Translations under genes and position numbers: made by a program
In this document: positions 11,519 to 20,591 of the stretch, in pieces
Numbering within the stretch: the stretch's first letter is position 1
How the letters are laid out: every line of letters starts with the position of its first letter
Assembly (NCBI GenBank): GCA_018985235.1
Contig: JADGIG010000032.1
Span: 1 to 36,935, forward strand
Direction of reading: 5' to 3'
Length of the DNA: 36,935 nucleotides
Source: Sanchytrium tribonematis
Taxonomy: Eukaryota
The notes under the pieces: generated by a model
Told to the model about the DNA's origin: nothing
Databases searched by the model: none
Seen by the model: the letters and a program-made list of their open reading frames with translations, nothing else

Positions 11519-13093
11519 TCAGTCATCATCAATGATAATCTCTTCTTCATTTACTCGGTCTTTGTAAGGAACATAGTAGTATGCAATAGACATGAAAAAT
11601 ATTAATGCACTCCATATCATGATCGAATAAAATAACATTTCATTTGACAAGCTTGAAAATAATTTCGACTCGGCTATTACGACTACAATCAAATTCCCCA
11701 AAGCTACAGTGAGTAGCCAACCCGCCTGAGCCATGGATTTGAGAGAAGAAGGAGACTCTGCGTAAGCAAATTCTAATCCAGTAATAGAAAACATGATTTC
11801 AGCAGCTGTTACTACAACATATTGAACAATTTGCCACAGAATGCATACTCCTGAATTTGGATCTGCCTCGTTAAAAGGATTTTTATCGATAGACAACTGA
11901 AGAAAGGAGCTGATTAAAAATGAAAATCCGCATAACAACATCCCAAGACTCATTTTTCGCAACGGCTTATGATGAAATTGCAAAGGATATGGCAGCAATT
12001 CCGACATGGGGTACACTACTTTAACAAACAAAGGAATAAATGCCAAAATTAAAACAGCGTTTGTGGTCGGCATTTGATCAGGCTTAATGCTAAACTCAAT
12101 ACCTAAAAATGTCACATGAGGATTCATCAACATGGCCTGGCTTGTCCACCTACTACCCTGTTGGTCATATAAAGCCCAAAATAAGGGAAGCGGAATCATG
12201 ACTTTAAAAACAGAGAGTAAAGCTTTAAATTCTAAGACTCGTTTTCGAGAATGACCTTCAGAAATAGGGTGAATCCAAAATTGGGACTCTGAGTAGCCCT
12301 TTTCGCTAAAATCTTTTAAAAAGCCAGAAACACCACTAACAATGACATTCGAAAATTCTGTAAGTAAATTATTTCCACTGGCAGGTACCATCAAGTACTC
12401 CCTTTTACCAGCAACAAATATAAACGTAGCCAGCATCATAAATAAAGATGGGACTCCAAAGGCAGCAGGGAAGCAATCATCTCTTCCAAAGCATTTTAAA
12501 TCACCGCGCAACATGGGAGTAAAAAACATCGATAAAACCGAGCCTGCGTTTATACTGAAGTAAAATAAACTGAAAAATAACGGCAGATATCTTGGAGTAT
12601 TGACCAATTGATCAGCTCCGAAGCTAGAAACGTTTGGTTTGATGCCTCCAGTACCAATGGCTAAGAGTAATAAACCGAACAAAGTTAGTTGATCATACAT
12701 ATCAGGCATTGCAGATATAGCTATCATAACACTCCCAAAACAATACAATATTGAGAGGTATAAAATTGTCTTATATTTACCCCAATAACTGTCTGCTAAA
12801 ATACTTCCAATTAGTGGCATAAAGTAAGCCAACATGTTGAAAGAGTGTAATAACGCTGTCGCATTATCATTATCCCATTTTTTAAAACTTGTCAGAAATA
12901 TAAAAAGTACCGCTTTTATGCCATAAAACGTAAACCTTTCAGCAAATTCGTTTCCGACAATAAAAGCGATACTTCTTGGAAACCTTTGGCTTTCAAATTC
13001 GTCAATTATAGGATTTTCTATATCGAGAACATCTTTTTTCTTAATAAGTGGGGAGTGCTCATCGACAAGCTTTTTGGATGGCGTGAATTCCAT
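11519..13093 (-). CDS. POT/PTR-family proton-coupled oligopeptide transporter (SLC15/PepT-like)
   Basis: ExxERFxxYG motif (NEFAERFTFYG), ADSYWGKYKTI, GTGGIKPNVSSFGADQ, FYFSINAGS, GLEFAYAESP; about 12 TM helices. Confidence 0.95.
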   Translation of the reverse strand: MEFTPSKKLVDEHSPLIKKKDVLDIENPIIDEFESQRFPRSIAFIVGNEFAERFTFYGIKAVLFIFLTSFKKWDNDNATALLHSFNMLAYFMPLIGSILADSYWGKYKTILYLSILYCFGSVMIAISAMPDMYDQLTLFGLLLLAIGTGGIKPNVSSFGADQLVNTPRYLPLFFSLFYFSINAGSVLSMFFTPMLRGDLKCFGRDDCFPAAFGVPSLFMMLATFIFVAGKREYLMVPASGNNLLTEFSNVIVSGVSGFLKDFSEKGYSESQFWIHPISEGHSRKRVLEFKALLSVFKVMIPLPLFWALYDQQGSRWTSQAMLMNPHVTFLGIEFSIKPDQMPTTNAVLILAFIPLFVKVVYPMSELLPYPLQFHHKPLRKMSLGMLLCGFSFLISSFLQLSIDKNPFNEADPNSGVCILWQIVQYVVVTAAEIMFSITGLEFAYAESPSSLKSMAQAGWLLTVALGNLIVVVIAESKLFSSLSNEMLFYSIMIWSALIFFMSIAYYYVPYKDRVNEEEIIIDDD

Positions 13094-13207
13094 TGAAACG
13101 TATTTCGTTTTAAAAAATTTAGAATTTTATAAATTTATTAAAATTAATGTCATCCAATCAAGAGGGCGAATCAGATTTGCGCAAAAATTTTATTCAATCA
13201 TAAAAAT

Positions 13208-13468
13208 TCAAGTCCGTTGCCTCCTATGGCTTGACTTGTACTGCTTATATACATTATTTTCCTCATTATCAGCAACAAAATCAATGAGAGAACGGCTCGA
13301 CCTGAGTTGTGGCGGTTTATCACGTTGATTTAATCTTGAAAAATTGAGATCGACTTCGCTATGTGCTGAATCTTGCCTTTGCGTCTTCTTTTGGCTTCTT
13401 CTTTGCCTTCTTATATCTGCGACTGGATCCTGAGTAAAAAAACTAACTATCTTTTGAAAAAACCCCAT
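13208..13468 (-). CDS. Hypothetical small basic protein (86 aa)
   Basis: ATG-initiated ORF (MGFFQKIVSFF...) occupying the gap between CCT5 and the transporter. No known motif. Confidence 0.55.
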   Translation of the reverse strand: MGFFQKIVSFFTQDPVADIRRQRRSQKKTQRQDSAHSEVDLNFSRLNQRDKPPQLRSSRSLIDFVADNEENNVYKQYKSSHRRQRT

Positions 13469-13541
13469 GAATTGTAATGGCAAACTAGTTTCACCCTACA
13501 CCAAATGATCGAATTTTATCTTTATAGCTGTCGCGAAAAAT

Positions 13542-15174
13542 TTATTGATGGTCAACGCCTTCGCCGTGATGAATAACATCGTCAATTTTCAATACCATCT
13601 TTACCAGTTGAGTAGCTAATAGGAATTGTGATCGTTTTGAGGTATAAGGATCAAAAACCTTATTTTTTAATTTAGCTGGCTCTCCAGTGAAGCAATCTAC
13701 ACCGACTCCACCAAAGTCTTGCGTGTTTTTCAATTTCCTTTGCTCGGCAATTACTCTTGTAACAAGTTGCATGCCATCATGTCCAGCATTGTCAGCCAAT
13801 GCAGTTGGAACAGCGAGTAATGCTTTTGAAAATGCACGGCAGGATAATTCCACCACATCGTCATGTCTCTCTGCAACATCCTCTACTGCGATCGCACATG
13901 CAATATCTGAAGCGCCTGCTCCGCAGACTATTTCTGGAGAGGAAATTAACGTTCTAACTACACACAATGCATCATGTAAAGACCTCTTTGTCTCCTCGAT
14001 TAACTAAATTAATTTAAACTACCATTTCATTGCCACCTCGGACTAATATTGTGCAAGTTTTTGGATTAGCACAATCTTCAATTACTAACATTTTGCTGTC
14101 GGTTGTTCCAAACCCAATTGTTTTGACTAATCCAGCTTTCCCTAACTTTTCTTTCGATAATTCGCTAAATCTAGGAACAATTCTGCCATGCGTCGCAATA
14201 GCCAATCGTTCTAAATCTGGACCCCCCACCCATCTGACAGCAGGTAGCTTTTGCTGATAAAGTAAATGATTCGCCTCATCGTCAAATCCCCACTGGCACA
14301 TAACTACGTTTGCTCCACTATCTTTACACTGCTGCACCATTTTGGTGAAAATCTGTTGTTCATATTCTGACAATTCTTTGTATGCTTTTGCATCTTTAAC
14401 ATCAAGTTTATGTTTAGTTTTTGGCTTGGGTGGTTCAAAGGGACAAGTGAGAATAGCAATTTTAGCATCTTTTACAGACTCTGGCATTTGAGGGTGTGAA
14501 AAGGATTTGTCAATAATAACACCCTGAATTAACTGAGTTTCTTCTAGTGATCCGCCGAGTTTACTTGTTACGTGAACTAGTTCTAAGTTGACTCTCCCAT
14601 TTTCATTTACAGATTGAACTGCATCAACCGCCATTTTCGCGAATTTATCATGAAATTTTGCGACAATTTTTGAGGAAAGACTAGTTTTGGCAGCTTGATA
14701 TAGCATGTCTGTATCAGCTTTCGATTTGATTTGATCTAAAGTTTTTATAGCTTCTTGGCAAGCAATATCGAATCCTTTAGCAATTCTAATTGGATGTATG
14801 CCCAAATTGATGAGGTGCTCTGCTTCTTTGAGTAGAGCTCCTGCTAAAACAACAACACTTGTTGTACCATCCCCGCATTCATTGTCTTGGGATAAAGATA
14901 ACTCGACCAAGAGCCTTGCTATCTGATGATTTACGTTCATTTCTTGCAAGATAGTAGCCCCATCATTAGTTACCATAACATCTCCATCTTGGCCAACAAG
15001 AATTTTATCCAGTCCCATTGGACCCAAGCTGGTTTTTATAATCTGTGTTAAAGAAGTAGCAGCAAGGATATGAGACTTGATTGCATCAGTTCCGCTAATT
15101 CTAGCTTTCTTTTCCTGTTCTCTGACTATTAGAAATGGTCTTCCCATTTCATCAACCGCTGTCGTGTATTGCAT
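13542..15174 (-). CDS. CCT5: Chaperonin CCT/TRiC epsilon subunit, 537 aa; exons 15174-14023 and 14003-13542
   Basis: [48 protein letters not shown]. Splicing gives [23 protein letters not shown]. Confidence 0.97.
14004..14022 (-). other. 19-nt spliceosomal intron in CCT5
   Basis: GTAGTTTAAATTAATTTAG; removal restores conserved chaperonin sequence. Confidence 0.94.
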
Positions 15175-15264
15175 CTGTTTTAAGGAGATTTATTTTACTT
15201 ATAACAACTAAAATAAAACGTTATTTATTTGGCAGCTTATTAAAACACTTACACGAGCACGCAC

Positions 15265-15603
15265 CTAAACTTCTTTGATTGAAAAACTGTGACCGCATCC
15301 ACAAGAAGACTCGGAATTAGGATTATCTAAGGAGAATGCAGATCCCATAGCCGTAGTTCTGTATTGCAGAGTGCTTCCTTTGATAAGGTCTAAGGCCATT
15401 TTATCTACCACTACAGAAACATCACTGCTTTGAATGACTTCGTCAAACTTAGGATCTATTTTGGAGTCCAATTTAACATCATACGAAAAGCCGTGACAGC
15501 CTCCACTAGAGACCTCAATTCTTAATATTCCTTTAACAGTGCGAAGTTTTTGAGCTGCGCTTTCGGAAATAATAATTTTGCTGGCAAATCTCCTGAGCAA
15601 CAT
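15265..15603 (-). CDS. ISA2: A-type Fe-S cluster carrier (HesB/IscA family), Isa2-like
   Basis: [15 protein letters not shown] and C-terminal SSCGCGHSF; short Arg-rich presequence from ATG 15603. Confidence 0.85.
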   Translation of the reverse strand: MLLRRFASKIIISESAAQKLRTVKGILRIEVSSGGCHGFSYDVKLDSKIDPKFDEVIQSSDVSVVVDKMALDLIKGSTLQYRTTAMGSAFSLDNPNSESSCGCGHSFSIKEV

Positions 15604-15628
15604 TTTCGAAACACTGGAATTTGCGATT

Positions 15629-16808
15629 ATGACCACCAAGGAAGAAGCTTTAGAAAAATATCGCGCTGCAGTTGAACAGCACACTGCATTAAATGAACAA
15701 TTGAAACAGTTGCGAAATAAGATTAAAGAAGGGCAGGCTGCGTTTGATCAGTCCGAAAAAGAGTTAGCATCGATTCAGAGTGTTGGGCAAATGATTGGTG
15801 AGGTTTTGAAGGTTTTGACTGAAGAGCATTATATTGTAAAATCGTCATCCGGACCTCGATATGTTGTTGGAAAGCGCCCAAAACTTCGTGCAGTAACTCA
15901 GGGCATGCGTGTCAGCTTAGACATGACTACTCTTACAATTATGAGAATATTGCCTCGGGAAGTTGATCCCATGGTTTATAACATGACTATGGAGAGCCCT
16001 GGCAATATTAACTTTGATGCTATTGGGGGCTTATCGGAACAAATTAGATCACTAAGAGAAGTTATTGAATTACCATTAGTTAATCCAGAATTATTTTTAA
16101 GAATCGGCATAAAACCACCAAAAGGTGTTTTATTGTATGGACCTCCTGGAACTGGTAAAACTTTGCTTGCTAGAGCAGTAGCTGCTACATTAGAAAGTAA
16201 TTTCATTAAAGTAGTTAGTTCTGCTATCGTGGACAAATATATTGGAGAATCTGGAAGAATTATTAGAGAAATGTTTGGTTATGCCAAAGATCACGAGCCT
16301 TGCATCATTTTTATGGACGAAATTGATGCGATTGGGGGAAGACGATTTAGCGAGGGTACTTCGGCCGACAGAGAAATCCAAAGAACCCTAATGGAGCTGC
16401 TACATCAGATGGACGGATTTGATGTCTTGGGAAAAACTAAGATTATCATGGCAACAAACAGACCGGATACTCTTGATCCTGCATGTAATCTTTATTTACT
16501 TAGTACTTCGCCCTGGAAGATTGGATCGTAAAATTGAGATTCCTTTGCCAAATGAACAAGCGAGAGGTGATATTCTAAAAATTCATTCCAATCCTATGGC
16601 TAAAAACGGAGAAATTGATTACGACCCAGTTGTCAAATTGAGTGATGGATTCAATGGTGCTGATCTTAGAAATGTGTGTACTGAGGCCGGAATGTTTGCT
16701 ATCCGAGAGGACCGAGATTACGTAATTCAGGATGATTTTATGAAGGCAGTTAGAAAAGTGGGCGACTCAAAGAAGCTTGAATCAAAGCTTGATTACAAGA
16801 AAGTTTAA
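15629..16808 (+). CDS. RPT4: 26S proteasome AAA-ATPase Rpt4, 386 aa; exons 15629-16484 and 16504-16808
   Basis: [62 protein letters not shown]. Splicing gives [14 protein letters not shown]. Confidence 0.97.
16485..16503 (+). other. 19-nt spliceosomal intron in RPT4
   Basis: GTAATCTTTATTTACTTAG; removal restores the invariant DPALLRPGR motif. Confidence 0.95.
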
Positions 16809-16865
16809 TAAAAAAATTCTTGAGATTTTGAAACTTGAGTTTTCAGTTTGAAACAAATTTCTAGA

Positions 16866-17835
16866 ATGTCGTCCTTCGCTCAACAAACTTTATCTGGGTT
16901 CCAACCACTCTTTACACCGCTTACCATGATAATGACTTGGATGGTGTCGTCTGTTGTATTTATAATTTCTGGAGTTTTGTTTGTATTATATTCACCAGCT
17001 CAAATTATAATTGACTACACGACATGTACTGGTAAATCAGTAAGACCAGACTATGTGAAAGATGATTCAACGGATGTTAAGCTTTGCAGACTAAAATTTA
17101 CTTTGGACAGAGATTATAATGATGTTTTGATTTATTATCAACTAAATAATTTTTACCAGAATCATAGAAAGTACGTTAAATCCAAAAATGATGATCAATT
17201 ATTTGGTACAGCCGTATCTGAGTCCAGTTTGTCCACTTGTGATCCCTTGATTACTGGTAAAAATGGCAAACCTATATATCCTTGTGGACTAATAGCGAAT
17301 TCGATGTTCGATGATCAAATTGCATTTTTGAATGACGGCAACAGCAATGTAACTTTGATATCTACAGGAATATCTTGGAGCAGCGACAAGGATAGATACG
17401 GAAAGACAAAATACTCTGCTGCAGATGTTGTTCCACCACCAAATTGGAGCTATAAATACAAAGATGGACTTTACACTGACGACACTATTCCAAATTTGCA
17501 GGAATATGAAGATCTTCAGGTTTGGATGAGAGTGGCCCCTTTTTCTAATTTTAATAAGCTTTGGAGGCGGGCCAGTTCTCTCAAGAAGGGAGATTATGTT
17601 TTAGGAGTATATGATCACTTTGATATTGTTTCATTTGGAGGTCAAAAAAAAGTTTTAATAACGACATCTTCTGTTTTAGGTGATTCTACAAATCTTGGAT
17701 ACATGTACGTCGGTACTGGGGTTATTTGCCTGATACTTGGGGTTACATTTTTAATAAAGCACAGAATGCACCCAAGGTATTACATACTAATTTAGAAAAC
17801 TCGGAGATACCTCTTACTTAAGTTGGAATAAATAA
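16866..17835 (+). CDS. CDC50/LEM3-family P4-ATPase flippase beta subunit, 316 aa; exons 16866-17776 and 17796-17835
   Basis: YYQLNNFYQNHRKYVKS, PCGLIANSMF, VWMRVA and two TM helices. The spliced C-terminus HPRKLGDTSYLSWNK matches the fungal Cdc50 tail. Confidence 0.93.
17777..17795 (+). other. 19-nt spliceosomal intron in CDC50-family gene
   Basis: GTATTACATACTAATTTAG; removal reveals the conserved PRKLGD..YLSWN terminus. Confidence 0.92.
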
Positions 17836-17840
17836 ACATC

Positions 17841-18890
17841 TTAGTTGCTCAAAAAATCAGATCTCCACATTTGGTCAATTTTCGAATATGGTTCCAATGG
17901 CAATTTATATGGTATATTACATGCCCCCTTTTCTAAAATTCCAAGTTCGTAAGACTTGATAAGAATTCCTGAGCCATCACTTAGACCCCACGCCGCAGTT
18001 GAAATATTATGTGATGTTGTTAAAATATATCGAAGTTCGCCATTTTTCAATATGCAAAAAGTCTTGATATGCGGAATGCATTGATTTAAATCGCTATCCT
18101 GGCAAACCCATTTATACAAATGGGGGATTAGCCAGTTTTTATGAAGTTTGTAGTTTTTTTCTTGATGAGGCAAGGAAAGGCCTGAATCTAATCCAGCATA
18201 ACTTCTTTTTACATTTTCTAGTGTGGGATATATAAATTGAAAATCTTTACAATTGAACGCATTCATCAAAGAGTAGATTGGAGATTTTTTGAAAGTTGTC
18301 CCAAGTCTGCCGATGCTACTGCATTGTATAATAAGCGTATCAAATTCTATATCTTTAAATAAGGCCCGTACCTTTGCCAAACCGTAATTACTAGCATTAG
18401 TGTGCCCAGGTACAGATGCAATAAGCACGAGGCTGGTGTCGAAGTGGTATAATTTTAAAAGACTACTAAGAACAGATAAATTACCATAATGCTTAACGTA
18501 ATCAATTAGGTCAGATCGAAAAGTTGATTCAGTTGACCCCAGTTGACCATCAATACGGTAAAAACCCTGAGTTTTATGCTTCCAATCTCTAGGAATAATA
18601 TTTGCTGTGTGAACAATAATAGTACATTGCTCTCTCGATAGGGCAATAAACATTTTGGTATGATGAGTGCCATAAGTGTATGGCATTTTAGGAGTGATGT
18701 ATCTAAATTCGCTCAAGTGGTCTGTTTTTTGGGCAATAACGGTCATGCTTTTGAAGTTGTAATTAGCAAACAAAGATTTGCAAAATGAAGATTCAAACAT
18801 GTAATTGAACACAAATAAATGATCATAATTTTGGTTTTTGAACATCTTAGCTATGGTTTTAAGTGGATCAAATGGGTCAAAAGTTTGCAT
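17841..18890 (-). CDS. TDP1: Tyrosyl-DNA phosphodiesterase 1 (catalytic core only)
   Basis: Two HxK motifs (YGTHHTKM...HTAN; PHIKT...SHNISTAAWG), plus LIASVPG and SYELGIL. Confidence 0.92.
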   Translation of the reverse strand: MQTFDPFDPLKTIAKMFKNQNYDHLFVFNYMFESSFCKSLFANYNFKSMTVIAQKTDHLSEFRYITPKMPYTYGTHHTKMFIALSREQCTIIVHTANIIPRDWKHKTQGFYRIDGQLGSTESTFRSDLIDYVKHYGNLSVLSSLLKLYHFDTSLVLIASVPGHTNASNYGLAKVRALFKDIEFDTLIIQCSSIGRLGTTFKKSPIYSLMNAFNCKDFQFIYPTLENVKRSYAGLDSGLSLPHQEKNYKLHKNWLIPHLYKWVCQDSDLNQCIPHIKTFCILKNGELRYILTTSHNISTAAWGLSDGSGILIKSYELGILEKGACNIPYKLPLEPYSKIDQMWRSDFLSN

Positions 18891-19062
18891 AAAATAACTC
18901 AAAAATTATAGAATGTTTGGAAAATTTTTCACTTGGGGAATTTCATGATGTATAAATGGAGACAATTTGACTTGTTGCTAAAACTTCAGCTTGTTAATTA
19001 AATTATAAAAAATTACCAATCAACCACTTAAATCAATCAAAAACTTTTTTTAACGAAATTAG

Positions 19063-19350
19063 ATGATACACACAATGGAATCAGTGATTGACCCTTTGGA
19101 AGAATTGATCAAGTATCAATCCCAAAAAACTACACAAATCGAAGCTCAAAGGAGTCGAAGAAGACGAATGAATGATACGTACGGGCTTTTAAAGCTTGAG
19201 CTTTCGCGGTATCTAGATGAAACCCAATTTCACACAAAGTTGCAAATTATTGAAAAAACTATTTTAGCAATTCAACAATATAAGCAAAGAAAGGTGGAAT
19301 TGGAGATCGAAAGAAGTCAACTGACTGAAGCATTTAATTCAAAATTTTGA
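19063..19350 (+). CDS. Small bHLH-leucine-zipper-like protein
   Basis: Basic region QRSRRRRMN, helix 1, loop, helix 2 TKLQIIEKTI..I, then a Leu heptad (LEIERSQL). Confidence 0.7.
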   Translation: MIHTMESVIDPLEELIKYQSQKTTQIEAQRSRRRRMNDTYGLLKLELSRYLDETQFHTKLQIIEKTILAIQQYKQRKVELEIERSQLTEAFNSKF

Positions 19351-19390
19351 TTTCTAATAAATAAGTATTTTCTATTAACTTCAACAGGAG

Positions 19391-19585
19391 ATGGGATGTG
19401 AGAGAGCCAAACTACAGCTTTTAAATTGTATAAAAAGTTCCGATTGTCATAAGCAAGGCGGTAAAAACTGTCTTAAAAAAGAAAATCGACCTCAAGAATG
19501 CCACGAGTCATATATTGCATTCTTCAATTGCAAAAGAGCAATGTTGGATCCCAGATATCGATTTAAAGGCAACGTATTTGAGTAA
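19391..19585 (+). CDS. PET191: Cytochrome c oxidase assembly factor Pet191/COA5
   Basis: Twin CX9C pattern and C-terminal CKRAMLDPRYRFKGN. Confidence 0.9.
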   Translation: MGCERAKLQLLNCIKSSDCHKQGGKNCLKKENRPQECHESYIAFFNCKRAMLDPRYRFKGNVFE

Positions 19586-19591
19586 ATTCAT

Positions 19592-19723
19592 TTATTTAAG
19601 CAAAAGATTTTGCCTGTATAAACTCGGTGGAATTTTATGCTCTTTAGCTTCTATAATGTAGGTTTTTGTGGTTAAATTCTTTTTAAGTTGTGTTTCGTAA
19701 ATACGTTGTAACATGCGGATCAT
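19592..19723 (-). CDS. Candidate 43-aa microprotein (below the ORF-track cutoff)
   Basis: MIRMLQRIYETQLKKNLTTKTYIIEAKEHKIPPSLYRQNLLLK*. Fills the gap between PET191 and the DRC9-like gene and ends in AAATAAA. Confidence 0.4.
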   Translation of the reverse strand: MIRMLQRIYETQLKKNLTTKTYIIEAKEHKIPPSLYRQNLLLK

Positions 19724-19733
19724 CAAAATTTAA

Positions 19734-20576
19734 CTATTTTATTTTTAGCTTTGGATTTCTTTTTTTCTTACCCTCAGTTGAAGGCTTTGATTTTTTATTC
19801 TTTTTTCTCCACCATCTTTGTAATAAAAGTATGGCCGTAACTTGCATCTCCATCTGTTTCTTAGCTTTATCTTTTTTCAACTCTTCTTCGCGGTCTCTTT
19901 CCACAACTTTATTTTTAGCTTCAAATTCCTCCTCAACTTTTAAGAGTGCCTCCGATACTTTAAATATCTCATTCCTAAGAAACTCTATTTCTTTTTCTTG
20001 ATCAGAAATAGTTTGATCGTACTTTTTCACCCAAGTGTCCAATATTATAGTTCTTTCCTCTCTTGCAGAAAGGTACAAATTTTTTAAGATTTTCATCGCA
20101 TCTGTGCATTTTGTCTCTTTGAATGTATGATTATCAACGAGCAAGGAGATTTCCTCGAGCATGTGCCGCTTTAAGGCTTCGAAGTTTGATTTTTCAAACT
20201 GGATATGTTCTTCTAACAATTCTATTTGTTTCCTAGAAGAATGTACAATCTGATTTCGTTTGAGTTTCAAGTCAATTAAGCATTTTTGCCTGGTCTCGAT
20301 TTCTTTGCTTGAAGACTCATAAAGCAAATATGTTTGGTTCTTTTGCACTTCTGAAGCAACCATCATTCTTTCATTGGCCAAATTTAAGCAATGATAATCT
20401 TTCATCAATTTTGCAGATTTTGAAATGTAATTGTCATAATTTTCGCCAGGATTCAATTGCATTTGATGGAGAATTTTGATGATTCTTTCAATTCCATTAA
20501 GTTTGTCAATTTCGATAGATTTTACACTATTTCTAAGTGCATCGATAAATCTATCAATAAAATGAGAATTTTGCAT
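19734..20576 (-). CDS. Coiled-coil IQ-motif protein, dynein regulatory complex DRC9/IQCG-like (DRC10/IQCD also possible)
   Basis: W-x-x-KYD (TWVKKYDQ) followed by coiled coil, IQ-like LLLQRWWR and a Lys-rich tail: the C-terminal layout of IQCG/IQCD. Confidence 0.65.
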   Translation of the reverse strand: MQNSHFIDRFIDALRNSVKSIEIDKLNGIERIIKILHQMQLNPGENYDNYISKSAKLMKDYHCLNLANERMMVASEVQKNQTYLLYESSSKEIETRQKCLIDLKLKRNQIVHSSRKQIELLEEHIQFEKSNFEALKRHMLEEISLLVDNHTFKETKCTDAMKILKNLYLSAREERTIILDTWVKKYDQTISDQEKEIEFLRNEIFKVSEALLKVEEEFEAKNKVVERDREEELKKDKAKKQMEMQVTAILLLQRWWRKKNKKSKPSTEGKKKRNPKLKIK

Positions 20577-20591
20577 GACCAAAAAAATTTA

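Noticed and set aside
11482..11550. Apparent overlap of the TPR ORF start with the transporter 3' end (likewise ISA2/RPT4 at 15578-15684)
   Set aside because: These are ORF-caller extensions to upstream ATG/TTG/GTG codons. Downstream ATGs give non-overlapping genes of plausible length.
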